A stretch of DNA of 64,000 nt from Felis catus (lineage: Eukaryota). The stretch spans positions 111,354,001-111,418,000 of the forward strand of contig NC_058368.1 of NCBI RefSeq assembly GCF_018350175.1. The letters are read 5' to 3'. Of the stretch, positions 12,576-24,865 are shown piece by piece. The position numbers and the translations under genes were made by a program. The stretch's first letter is position 1. Each line of letters begins with the position of its first letter. The notes below the pieces were generated by a model. That model did no database searches, had not been told where the DNA came from, and was given only the letters and a program-made list of their open reading frames with translations.

Positions 12576-12794
12576 GATGTGATGCAACAGGCCACCAATG
12601 CAATTCTCAGAGGCGGCACCATCCTGGCTCCCACTGTGTCTGCAAAAACCATTGCAGAGCAACTTGCTGAAAAGATCAATGCTAAGCTCAATTATGTGCC
12701 TTTGGAGAAACAAGAAGAGGAGAGGCAAGATGGTGGACAGAATGAATCTTTTAAAAGATATGAAGAAGAATTAGAGATCAATGACTTCCCACAG
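12576..12794 (+). CDS. DDX46: DDX46 internal exon ending in a GC donor
   Basis: ctgcag| ... CAG|gcaagt; 219 bp. Encodes DVMQQATNAILRGG...RYEEELEINDFPQ, in frame with the next exon. Confidence 0.94.
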
Positions 12795-13112
12795 GCAAGT
12801 AACAGTTTAAACATTGTTTATAAATTGCGGAGTAAAATTTCTTGCTTCTTAAGGAGCAAAAATACCTTGTTTAAAACCCTTGAACGTTTTAATAGCTACT
12901 TTACTTTTTTATCTTGATGAGGGAGGGCGACAACAGTAGAAATTTTATTTTTATGAACATATTCTAGGTACATTAGGATCTAAATGAATTGATGTGAAGG
13001 AGTTAATTATAATCTTAATATTGACCTTAATATTATTTAGCCAACCTATTCTTTGTCAGTACGCCAGGTTTTTATCCTGTTGTGATTTTTCCCCGCACCT
13101 TTTCTTTCTTAG

Positions 13113-13257
13113 ACTGCTAGGTGGAAAGTTACCTCTAAGGAAGCTCTGCAGAGAATTAGTGAATATTCTGAAGCCGCAATTACAATCAGAGGAACATATT
13201 TCCCACCTGGCAAAGAACCTAAGGAAGGAGAGCGGAAAATTTACTTGGCAATTGAAA
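13113..13257 (+). CDS. DDX46: DDX46 internal exon (C-terminal KH-like region)
   Basis: ttcttag| ... A|gtatgt; 145 bp. Encodes TARWKVTSKEALQRISEYSEAAITIRGTYFPPGKEPKEGERKIYLAIE(S). Confidence 0.96.
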
Positions 13258-13395
13258 GTATGTATCTTTGGTTCTTGAAATTTCAGTCTTGAGTTCGGTC
13301 AGAGTTGATTATAGATGTAAGGGCACAGAGAGAATGTTAGGTCAGTTCTAAAGAAGATAAAAAATAAGGAATACCTATAGAAAAAAATAATTTCA

Positions 13396-13875
13396 GGGCA
13401 CCTGGGTGGCTCAGTCGGTTAAGCGTCTAGCTCTTCTTGATTTTGGTTGTAATTTCGTGGTTTGTGAGTTCAAGCCCAACATCCAGCTCTGTGCTAACCA
13501 TGTGGAGCCTGCTTAGGATTCCCCCCCCCCCCCCCCCCCCCCCCGCCTTCAGCTTGTTTCTTTGTCTCTCTCTCTTTTTCTCCCCAAAATAAATTAATAA
13601 AAATATTTAAAAAAAAAGAAAACATAGTTTCATATATCATTTAAGGTCTTTATTTAAAAATTCAGTACATAAAGGGGTGCCTGGGTGGCTTGTTAAGCCT
13701 CTGACTTTGGCTCAGTTCGGCTCAGGTCATGATCTCATGGATCATGAGTTTGAGCCCCACATTGGGCTCTGCAATGACAGCATGGAGCCTGCTTCCAATC
13801 CTCTGTTTTCCTCTCTCTGCCTCTTCTCTGCTCGTGCACATTCTATCTTTCTCAGAATAAATAAACATTAAAAAC
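13396..13875 (+). mobile_element. Two Can-SINEs
   Basis: Heads at 13396 and 13674. The first contains a poly-C run at 13520-13544. Confidence 0.85.
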
Positions 13876-14884
13876 ACTAAATACATTACATACAGAAAAG
13901 TGACTGATCTGTGTTTGGAGCTCTTTCATTTTTGACGATTCGGTCAGATTTGAAAATCACTCTAAAAGAAAACAAATATTTTAAGGACTGCTCTGTTCAT
14001 ACTTCTAATAAAGTAGAACATTCCTGGGCAGAGTTTGGGTTAGAAAGTAAATCCATATATTAGTCTACTTAATGAATGTTTATTCAAGCAAATGTTCCCT
14101 CTGAAATTATGCCTGTAGAAGTTTTTGCATATCTTTAAAAAAATTAGAAGAGGACAGTTAATACCATAACACAAAGTATGTAAGTAATGCATTATCTCAG
14201 AGCAGTCGGATTTGCTTTTAAACTTTATTTCATACATTCATGAGTGAGTTCAAAACATAGTTTCCATTTTGATTTTTTCCTCTAATATATTACTCCACTG
14301 CATACTAGGACAACTTGTTTCCCTTCATTTATATTTAATCTGAACATCTTTGTGACAGACTTATAAGTATAGACAAGGCAGATCCACTTCATCTATTTAA
14401 TGAACTAAATATTTGTTGAATACTATTGTTGGAGCTGTGGAGAGGTTTATTCCAGGTGTTGTGTAAGCTGAAAGTCTGTGTACCTTGTGCTTTACATGGC
14501 TTTGATGGCTGCAGAGGAGCCGCTCTCCCGCACGGTGTATAATCTCAGGCACCACCCTGGTACTTTGAGGCATGCATGTCCCTTCTGACGAAGAAGCCTT
14601 ACCTCATCCCACTTCTCCCCTCTGTAGTTCTTTACCTGTTGTTTTTATTCACAGTACTCCTCACATGGAAATTGTCGTATGTTTTTACTTGTTTGTGTCT
14701 CCCCTACTAGAGTTCTGTGAATGTAATGACTTTGTCATCTGCTCTATTCTCAGAGCACATGGTAAACACTTAATAAATTTTCTGAGTTATGCATCTGATT
14801 AAGCCCTATAGCCACTTGTCTTCATGGTACAAGTATTACATGGTACAAGTATTGACAGGCTTATTCTCTATTTGATTTCTTTAA

Positions 14885-15410
14885 AGCTGTACTGTCTGGG
14901 GGCACCTGGGTGACTCAGTCGGTTAAGGGTCTGACTTCGACTCAGGTCATGATCTCACGGTTCGTGGGTTTGAGCCCCGCATCGGGCTCTGTGCTGACAG
15001 CTCAGAGCCTGGAGCCTGTTTCAGATTTTGTGTCTCCATCTCTCTCTGCCCCTCCCCTGTTCACACTCTGTCTCTGTCTCAAAAATAAATAAACATTAAA
15101 AAAAAATTAAAAACAAAAAAAGCTGTACTGTCTGATAGAACTCTCTGTGATGAGTATGGAGTGCTTGAAATGTGGCCAGTGTGACTGAAATTTGTAAATT
15201 TTACTTAATTTTTATTAAAAACTTTTAAAGGAATTCATGTTTGATTTTTTTTTAATTTAATTTTTTAGTAATCTCTATGCCCAGCATGAGGCTCAAGCTA
15301 ATGACCCTGATATCAAGAGTCAAACGCTCTACCTACGGAGCCAGCCAGGTTTATATAAAATGTAAATAGCCACATACATGGTTGGTATTGTACTGTAATG
15401 GATAGCTCAG
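14885..15410. mobile_element. MER3-like DNA transposon relic with two inserted Can-SINEs
   Basis: SINE 14899-15120 has TSD aaagctgtactgtct. The segment tgcttgaaatgtggccagtgtgactga is MER3-like. Confidence 0.65.
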
Positions 15411-16042
15411 CTCTCAAATTTGTTGTTGGAAAGATCAATGGAAGGTATTTAGATCCACTGAAAGTATATTGTAAATAAGGTTTGTCACCAGTTCTTGTTA
15501 TATTTTGCCATTTCTTTGATTTTGTGAAGATTTTATAATTTTAAGTAAGTTCTTTACTGAATTTAATGTACAGATGATTTACTTATATATTAGGATTTGA
15601 TTCTTTCCTGGCCGAAACAAAGAATTCTACAAATGTGACTGAAAGTTAGTTAGTGCTGTGCCTGTTTAGTCACTTTCCTTTGAATTGGTGACCTCAGTTA
15701 TTTTTGTGTGGCATCTTAGCATAAAGACCACAGGAACAGAAACACATGTGCAGTGTGTATCCCATCTACCCTAAGTAGAAATTGTTTCCTGGCCAGAGGT
15801 ATGAGATGGGGTCAGAGTAAGTAAAAGCACTGAAAAGTGCTATTGCCACGATTCTGCTGATCTTTTTTTTTTTTTTTTCCTTTAGTAAGGGATTGCCTGG
15901 TCCCTGTAAACTTTTGCTTAGTTTCCAAAGTTCTGATACAATTGATTTCAAGTTTTTTCAAGTTTATTCACTTTTTGTGGAAGGACAGGCTTTTGTAGTT
16001 CCAGCCTCTGCCATTTTCACTGCTGCACTCTCACTTTTGGAC

Positions 16043-16473
16043 TTTTTTTTTTTTAATGTTTATTTATTTTTGAGGGCAGGGGAGTGGCAGAGAGAGAAGA
16101 CAGGATCAGAAGTGGGCTCTGCACTGACAGTAGAAAGCCCGATGTGGAGCTAGAACTCAGGAACGCTGAGATCATGACCTGAGCCGAAGTTGGACACTTT
16201 AACCGACTGAGCCACCCAGGTGTCCCTCACTATCGGACTAAAAAAAAAATTTTTTTTTTTTTTAGTGTTTGTTTATTTTCGAGAGAGGAAAGAGAAAGAG
16301 TGCAAGTGGGGGAGGAGCAAGAGAGAGGGAAACACAGAATCCTAACCAGGCTCCAGACTCCACACTCAGACCTGTCAGCACAGAGCTTGGCACAGGGCTC
16401 CAACCCACGAACCATGAGATCATGACCTGAGCCGAAGTCGGATGCTTAACCGACTGAGTCACCCAGGCGCCCC
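16043..16473 (-). mobile_element. Two tandem Can-SINEs
   Basis: Two reverse bodies, each ending gccacccagg/gtcacccagg. Confidence 0.88.
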
Positions 16474-17929
16474 TCGGACTTGTTAAAGTTAATGATAAAT
16501 TGTGGCAAAGGTGAAAAAATTGCATTTTTTTGTTTGTGATTGTGACTTCGATTAAGTCAGGTTTTAGATGGCATCCTTTTATGTATCCTGAAAGACTTTT
16601 GGTCTGCCAGTGATTGTGTGTTTGCAAATCATGTGACACTCTTCCTTATTTCTCTAGTAATATGGGGGTGCTGACATCTTTCTGCACTTGGAACTGGACG
16701 GGTCTCCTACCACAGTATTCATTAGGCCATACGGGATGGAGACACAGTGTCCTCCAGTGGAATCTGATGATAAAATTTTTGGTATACATGGAATTAGCCT
16801 TTTATTCTAAGCTTGAATATCATGGGTGTCATTTAAAGCAGAATCAATACTTTTAAATGCCTGCCTTATAAAGAGGTAAATCAGACATATGACTGTTTTG
16901 AAAAAGGATCCTCTATGTAATTTTTTTTAATTAAAAGGTAATTATGTTTGTTTAGCATAATTTATATATCAAGATTCATTTCACATGTAACTTTATCAGA
17001 ACATACCTTCTCTACTGCCAAGTGAAGTGAGAAGCCCACAGCTTCTTCTTGACTTTTCCATCCACCTAGAATGGTTCTAGGCATTTCCCCCCACTGTCAT
17101 CTTATACTTAGGAAGTAACATCTAATTTTTATTATCTAACCTAGCTTCTTTTTCTCTGTAAAAAAATAATCTTATCAAAAATGAATCTTTAGGATTCTAG
17201 AGCCATAGTGGTGTTAAGAGCTCGATATTAGTCATTAAAATGATCCAAAGGTTTGAGATTTTCATAGATGATTAGTTTTTTAAAGGATATTTTAGTTTTT
17301 GAAACTCCAGCCAAATCAACTGAACTCTAATAGGATGAAAACAGGTGTTGGAAGGAGCCTAGTGTCATCTGTTTCTAGTTCTGTAATTGGAGGGACCATA
17401 CTGCCTGGCTCCTTGGGGGCTCTGTGTGGCTCAGCAGTTCCAGGCCTCCCACTAGGCAGTGGGAAGGAGAACAGGAAGGACTTATGTGCCTAGCCATCCT
17501 GTATAATTTATAGCCTGTTTTGTGACCCTCTCTTTTTACTAGTGGAGAATCCCTTAAAAGCAGCCAGAGTTGTTTTAGGACCAATGAAAGGAAATGCCTC
17601 TTTTCCATGGCAGCTTATAAACATGTGTAACCTATTACCTAAAGAAGCTTTGTAAGTGAAAACTTTAAACTGGTCAAAATGGTCAGGCTCTAACAAAAGG
17701 AGGGAAATTACTCTTCTTGGATTTAGGTGATAGTGTCATTTTCTTTCTTTTTAAAACAGCATAGACTATCAACAAGCTTCACACTAACCATGTCAAGTAG
17801 CATACATTCCTCCTGAATTTCATTTTATTGTAATTTTCAGTCTGGCTTCACTCTTGAGTCTACCCTTTTGTTCACTTTCATCCACCTCTCTTCTTTTCAA
17901 GCACCCACAGCTTTAAAATGTGTGGTTGC

Positions 17930-19135
17930 TGGGACACCTGGGTGGCTCAGTTAGTTAAGTTTCCAACTCTTAACTTCGGCTCAGGTCATGATCTCACCGT
18001 TTGTGATTTGAAGCCCCACATCGGGCTCTGCGCTAACAGCAGAGCCTGCCTGAGATTGTCCCTCTTTCTCTGCCCTTCCCCTGGTCACACTCTCTCTGTC
18101 TCTCAAAAAAAAAAAAAAAAATTGTGGTTGCTGGCTGGTGAAGGTGTAGGATTTAGATGAGATATGTTGCTGTGACTTCACAGCCATACTCCTGGCTCTT
18201 TCCTTCGTGTTGTTAACCTGTTTCTTCTTGCTTCTCCTCTTCTTCTTTCTTCTCCTCTCTTCCTCCTCTTCCTTTTCTTCCTCAGCCGCCTGACCTCCTC
18301 CCTGTGCTCTCTCTGGGGTCAAAAAGGTCCTTCATGGAACACCTGGGTGGCTCAGTTGGTTAGCCATCTGAGTTCGACTCAGGTCATGATCTCATGATTC
18401 ATGAGTTTGAGCCCACATTGGGCTCTCTGCTTTCAGCATAAAGCCTGCTTCAGATGTTCTGTCTCCCTCTCTCTTTCTGCCCACCCCCCCCAACCTCTCT
18501 CCCCAAAATAAATAAACATTTAAAAAAAAAAAAGATCATTGCCATCTAATAAGGGAACTGTTTCCTCATTTGGTTTTCTTTTTTCTTTTTTAATGTTGAT
18601 TTTGAAAGAGTGCGTGCGTGCACACATGTGAGCAGGCAAGGGGCACAGAGGAAGAGAGAATCCCAAGCAGATTCCACATTCGCACTGGAGCCCAATGCAG
18701 AGCCCGATGTGGGGCTTGATCCCTCCACCATGAGATCACAACCTGAGCCCATATCAAGGGTTGGACGCTTAACCTATGGCATCTAGGCACCCCAGAAAAC
18801 TGTTTTTCTTACATAGAATGATAAACATATAGTCCTCTACATTGCAACCCTAGTTCTCCTTGTATTCTTTAATATTTCACTCCTAGTTCTTAATTTCTCA
18901 TCTATTTCTTTGGTCTAGCTCTTTTTTTTTATTAAAAATGTTTTTAATGTTTATTTTTGAGAAAGGGAGTGCTAGCAGGGAAGGGACAGAGAGAGGGGAG
19001 ACACAGAATCCAAAACAGGCTCCAGGCTCCAAACTGTCAGCATGGAGTCCGACGTGGGGCTTGAACTCACAAACCGTGAGATCATGACCTGAGCCTAAGT
19101 CAGATGCTTAACCCACTGAACCACCAAGGTGCCCC
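17930..19135. mobile_element. Four Can-SINEs (+,+,-,-)
   Basis: Copies at 17930-18121, 18336-18533, 18572-18793 and 18922-19135. Confidence 0.85.
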
Positions 19136-19949
19136 TGGCCCAGCTCTTTCATTTTTATCGTTGTGCACTGTGCTACCTATCTAGATTTACTTGTTCCCTG
19201 GCATTGTCCCTTGGCTGCAGATCCCTTAACACTACCTTTGATGGCTCTCTCGTCTCTGTCTCTCCTTTACTTCTCATCCATATTTCCACTGGCCTTATTG
19301 ACACTTGCAATAAGATGTCACATGAGCACCTCACCTACAGCAATCCTCAAAATTGAATTTCATCCAGTCACTGCTGATAATACCTGTTTTTCCTTGAATT
19401 CAGTATCTTGTTAACTATTTCGTACTTTATTTGCTCCTCAACTCTTAACCACTTAACTCTGCTTAGAGAAGTGAGGGAAAGGTTTTTGTAAGTAGTGATA
19501 TTTAGAAGTCATTCTGATGAGAGTATTTCCGGCCTTCTTGTTCTGTTGTACTGTCTCTACAAGTTTGTTTTTCTAATAGTCTACAAGTTCATGAAGAGCA
19601 TGAATGAGTTCTTTATATAATGTATCTCTCAGGCTATATCATACGTGGCAGTTGCTTAATATTTCTTGAATTGAGGTAACTATATGAATGAGTGTCTCCA
19701 GATTGCCTCATCCTCTTGGCTATGTTGCTGTGTTCTTTTACACTCTTTTCCAATTGTACTGTACTTCTTACTCTTCAGTAATTAAGCATGCCTTTCTTAA
19801 TCTATATCATTGCCCATATGATTCCCTTTGCAAAATAATCCATGTCATCACTTCTCCTTCAATGTGGCCTGTCCTCCGCCAAGGAATATAGTAAGTGCCC
19901 ATTAAGTGTTTGTTAAATAAATAAACCATGGAGATTTTGTTTCTCTGAT

Positions 19950-20721
19950 TTAAAAAAAAAAAACAAAACATTTTTTTAACGTTTATTCATTTTCAAAAAA
20001 ATTTTTTTTTTTACGTTTATTTATTTTTGAGACAGAGAGAGAGACAGAGCATGAACGGGGGAGAGGCAGAGAGAGGGAGACACAGAATCTGAAACAGGCT
20101 CCAGGCTCTGAGCTGTCAGCACAGAGCCCGACGCGGGGCTCGAACTCACGGACCATGAGATCATGACCTGAGCCGAAGTCGGCCGCTTAACCGACTGAGC
20201 CACCCAGGCGCCCCTAACGTTTATTCATTTTTGAGAGACAGAGACAGAGCATGAGCGGGGAAGGGGTAGAGAGAGGGAAACACAGAATCTGAAGCAGGCT
20301 CCAGGCTCTGAGCTGTCAGCACAGAGCCCAGCACGGGGCTTGAACTCATGAACTGCGAGATCATGACCTGAGCTGAAGTTGGACGCTCAACAGACTGAGC
20401 CACCCAGGCACCCCTCTGACTTTAAAAAAAAAAAAAAAAAAAAAAATTGTCTCTTTTGGACAAACTGCTAATCATCTTTTCTTTGCCCTTTTTATTTTTT
20501 TTTATTTATTATTAAAAAAATTTTTTTTTGGTATTTATTTTTGAAGGAGAGACAGAGCATGAGGAGGGAGGGGCAGAGAAAGAGGGAGACACAGAATCCG
20601 AAGCCAGCTCCAGGCTCTGAGCTGTCAGCACAGAGCCTGACATGGGGCTCAAACCTGTAAACCATGAGATCATGACCTGAGCCGAAGTCGGAGGCTTAAC
20701 CAACTGAGCCACCAGGCGCCC
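19950..20721 (-). mobile_element. Three Can-SINEs, the first nested in the tail of the second
   Basis: TSD taacgtttattcatttt at 19977 and 20215. Confidence 0.9.
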
Positions 20722-20992
20722 CTTCTCTGCTCTTTTTAATCATAGCAAGAACTCTTAACACTACTTGCAATGTGATCCCAGTGGTTACATTTGAAACTCT
20801 AAAAGTGATCTGAATAATAAGCAGCCATTGTATAAATTGGATGACCTTCCCCAAGGTATTGAAAGACTATCTTGGCAAGCAGTACAATGTTTCTGAAAGT
20901 CACTTACAGTATTTCCTACTGGATCTCCATGACATGGATAAACATCTAGTGTAATTCTAGTAACATGAATAATGTTTTCCACTTATTACCAG

Positions 20993-21066
20993 GTGCCAAT
21001 GAACTGGCTGTGCAGAAAGCAAAGGCAGAAATCACCAGACTTATAAAAGAAGAACTGATCCGGCTG
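20993..21066 (+). CDS. DDX46: DDX46 penultimate exon
   Basis: ttaccag| ... |gtgagt; 74 bp, phase matches the previous exon. Encodes (S)ANELAVQKAKAEITRLIKEELIRL. Confidence 0.95.
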
Positions 21067-21099
21067 GTGAGTGAAAACCTCAAGGACTTGTTCAAATAA

Positions 21100-21680
21100 A
21101 CATTTTATTGAACTATTACATGAATACAGAAAAAAAAGCACACAAATTATAAACATAAAGTTTGATGAATTTTCACAAAGGAAGCATATTGATACGATCA
21201 CTATCCAGATCAAGAAACACAGTACAATGCCAACATTCCAGAAGCCCCCTGCATACTCCTCCTGTCACTATCCCTCTCCCCCAAACACAACAGTATTCTG
21301 ACTTTCACCTTGATAGATTTGTTGCGCCTATATTTGAACTCTATATAAGTGGGATCAACTGCTGTGTACATTTTTGTATCCAATTTCTTTCCACTCATCA
21401 TTACTTTGAGGAAATCCATGTTGTTGCATGTAGCAGTAATTCATTCCCTTTCATGGCTGTGTGGTATTTAATTTGTGAATATACCCACAATTTATATATT
21501 GGACTTTGAGGTTATTTACTTTTTTGTTGTTAGGGATAACTTCTGTGAACATTCTTTCATGTCTCTTTTGTACATAGTAGTATACTTTTCTCTTGGGTAT
21601 ATAACTTGGAGTAGAATTGCTGTTTACAGTGTTGTGTAGTTTAGCTTTAAGTGTTGCTAAATAATTTTCCAAAGTAGTTA
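21100..21680 (-). mobile_element. Old L1 (L1M-type) 3' fragment
   Basis: atccatgttgttgcatgtagcagtaattcattcc...ttctcttgggtatata...gagtagaattgctg is typical antisense L1 3' sequence. Confidence 0.75.
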
Positions 21681-22230
21681 TGCCTTGTAAAAGGCATCCT
21701 TTTATGGACCACCTTCCCAAAAGAGGCAAACACATCCCTGTGTTGTAGTGCCAGTTGAAGCTTATAAACTCCCTATAACGTGTACATTGGGCAAGGGCCC
21801 TTTGACAGGAAACTTTATCCTTTTTCTATGAATGTGTTTTTGAGAGCTTTTCTAAAATTCCCCTTACAGAACTTTCTTTAGGGGAATAAAAAGTTTAAAG
21901 AGTAGAAGATACATAAAACAAGAGGAAAGAAGGAAAACAACCTTTAAATCAAATGCTTTTAAGACTATTTCACCAAGGAGTGATAGAAAAAGAACCTTGA
22001 TGCCACCACCATTAAGTTGGTTCAAAACAGTTGTCAAAGAGCAGTGAACACAGACAAATGATTAGTTATTGAAGAGTTATTTTCTTCCTTAGTATAAGAA
22101 TATTAATAATTTCTGTTCTAAATATCTGATAATTTTGTAAGTTTGTGAAGGAAATTTTTTTGACCTGTTTCTTTTTCTTTTTTTTATCCTTTGCTCTTTC
22201 TGACCCTGTATCTTTTGTTTTCTTTTGTAG

Positions 22231-22278
22231 CAAAATTCATACCAACCAACAAATAAAGGAAGATACAAAGTCTTATAA
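22231..22278 (+). CDS. DDX46: DDX46 last coding exon
   Basis: Long pyrimidine tract then ttttgtag|. Encodes QNSYQPTNKGRYKVL followed by TAA, the recognisable DDX46 C-terminus. Confidence 0.96.
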   Translation, partial: QNSYQPTNKGRYKVL

Positions 22279-24080
22279 AATATTTCGAAAAAACTTTTTA
22301 CCTGTGCTGGTCTGTGATACATGTGGCAGTTGTCTGCAGTTTACAATGTATTGTAAATTAAGATTTTTAAAATTCTGTCTTGCTGATTTTTTTAAATACA
22401 TGAAACCAGTATTTGCTAAAGAAATCTTCTTTCAGTAAGTACCACCAGAATTATCAAACTATATCTAAAGCAGGCCTGTTTTCAGAGTATGATGCCCTTT
22501 AATGTAAAGTTTAAGTACAAATATTTTAAAAGTCTGGATAAACTTCCAGAAGTTTAAAAAAATGGAAATATTTGGACTTTCTATCACCGGTAATAAAGTA
22601 CACAAGTCACTAGGGGCCTACTCACCATATCCTTTTGAAATGAAATTGTGATCTCCTCAGAAAAGGTAAAATTCTCTAATATTTTGTCCCCCCTCCCCCC
22701 CCCCCCCCCCGAGCTTAAATCTTACTTGATTCATTGGAACAGTATGAACTGGATTTAAGAATGTTATAATAGAATTTTTACAAAATGTTTCAGAGTTTTT
22801 GTTTCAGTTTTTGTCATCATAAATGGGCAATAGTTGGACTGCTTTTCAGTTTTGTAAAATTAAAGATTTGTAGTATAAGAGTTTTTTGCATTTCTTTACA
22901 CTGCAAAGAGTTTTAGTATTTATCACTTTTAAGTTCTCCTCACAGCTTCTAGTTCTATGACTAGCTACTAACTCTTTTTTAATCTTCCTTAAAAGAAAGT
23001 GATTTGTAGCCTATAAATATTGTTTCCTTTTCCCCCCGAAAGTGTTTGTTTATACATTTGTACATATAAACATGCTACTAATTTTAATCCACATTTTCTT
23101 CAAGGTTGTTGAAAAGGTTGTGAATTTTCTTCCTTAAAAATTTTCAAGCATGATGGTACCTGTGTCATAGACTTAGATTTAAGCATCTCTCAGTGAAGAA
23201 TAGTTCACAAGAAGTCATAAATTATATTTTTGACCCCTCATATATTTCCTGAACATTCTAATTTAAATTGTTATAATTGGATCACACAATATTCTTTTCA
23301 AGACTCCTGGTATATTAGAACTTTGTATTGTTGTCACTTCTTGAAAAAAAAAAAAATTCCAGGAATTAAATAGATAGCTATATTTCTTAAACGAAGAGAC
23401 AGCGAAGTTTCTGAATATTCTTAGAGTTTTTAAAAAAGAAAAAAAAATCAAAGCATACTAAAACAAATCATTTTTAATAGTATGTTAACTGGTTAAAATG
23501 AGAAGAAGTATCAATCATTATTTCTTCAATATAAAGTTTTTTCTTACTGAAAAATTAACATAGATATAACTGGGAAATATTCTTGGGTCCCTTGCATATC
23601 TACCTTTCTTTCTTAGAAGAAAATAACAGACAAAACACATGTAACAAGAGAATCAAATAAACCATTTACTCTAAAATGCAGGCATCTTGGGCTCCTTTTT
23701 TCCCCTCAGTTTATTTATTTGCTTATTTTGATTACCTAGTGATAGTGTGTTTCTTTTGATAGAATATGTGGCATTCTCACATTGGTGACAATTGGTGCTC
23801 CCTTCAGGCTGCTGGATCACTTTGAGATTCAGAGTTTTACATCGTTGTAGCATTACTACCTTTATGTTTGTATATCTAGTTGTAACAAACCACTGATAGT
23901 ATATTGTCCTGAAGTGAAACCCATTTCTCTGTTATTACAGTTTTAGTGTCACACTGACTCTTTGATTTTTAAAATTTGAATGATGTATAGACTAATTTGT
24001 TTTTTTTAACTGCAATATCAATATTTGCTCATGTTTTCTAAATTCCTTATAAAATAAAGTTAATTCAACTTGCACTTTCC
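22279..24080 (+). other. DDX46: DDX46 3' UTR with candidate poly(A) signals
   Basis: AT-rich, SINE-free stretch after the stop codon, with AATAAA at 22592, 23656 and 24053. The 3' end is inferred. Confidence 0.6.
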
Positions 24081-24865
24081 TAAAATTATCTCTGCTGAGA
24101 TGTTTTATGCTGTTTTTCTAATTTTGTTTACATTGGTAGGCATGTGAGAGAAGTATTATACTCTCTGTACCTAGCAACTCACTACCCAAAATACACAGTT
24201 CTATCCAAAAATACCTTTCTGAAGAAGTCTCTTACTCTTAGATTGTGTTTGTATTTGGCATAAGACACATAGGGTATAGGTGAAATGATAGTTCATGTCG
24301 CAGTTGGCATTTTGCCACAGTGACACTCGCTTTTACCAAATGGAAGTATGGAATGAAACAATGATGGTTAAGTTCTCTCCAAGTCTGTCTAGAAAGCTTA
24401 TTGTTCGATATAGCCTGTCTTACCAGCCTTGTTGGTGTACAAATGGTGTTCAGCTGGCAGTCACAGTGCGCCGGAGACTGCAATCCTTCTTTTGAGGCAG
24501 GCAACCCCTACATGTGAGGAGGTTTTTGTTTGAGCAGAACCAGCTTTTGAGTACCTGGGACATATAAATCCCATAAAGCCAGCTATGGGATCTGCTTCTA
24601 AATAGTATATCAGCGCCTGAAGAATCACAAGCTAGAAAACCAAGCCTCCAGAGTTGTAACTTAGCTGAGTGTGAACTCTTTTCCCTGTGTGCCCTCCTTT
24701 CCTTTATAAAACCATCAGCTAAGGTCCTTTAGTGACAGAGAAAATAATGCTTAAGTTAGCAGCTAGGGGGAAAATGGTAATTGAATTCTAGGGTAAAAAG
24801 CTACACTTCGTTTTGTAAAATTATTACTGTTTTTAGCACTTTATAGATGGTGGATGCTAATAAGG

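Noticed and set aside
14823..14853. Small tandem duplications (catggtacaagtatt x2; also gaaactgtttcacattttt x2 at about 59096-59145 and gagctcagaagggcg x2 near 31322)
   Set aside because: Ordinary short slippage duplications with two copies only. They have no repeat-spacer architecture, so they are not CRISPR-like.
24238..24504. Non-repetitive segment with ORFs on both strands just after DDX46
   Set aside because: No recognisable protein similarity or convincing splice sites. It may be regulatory, but I cannot support that.
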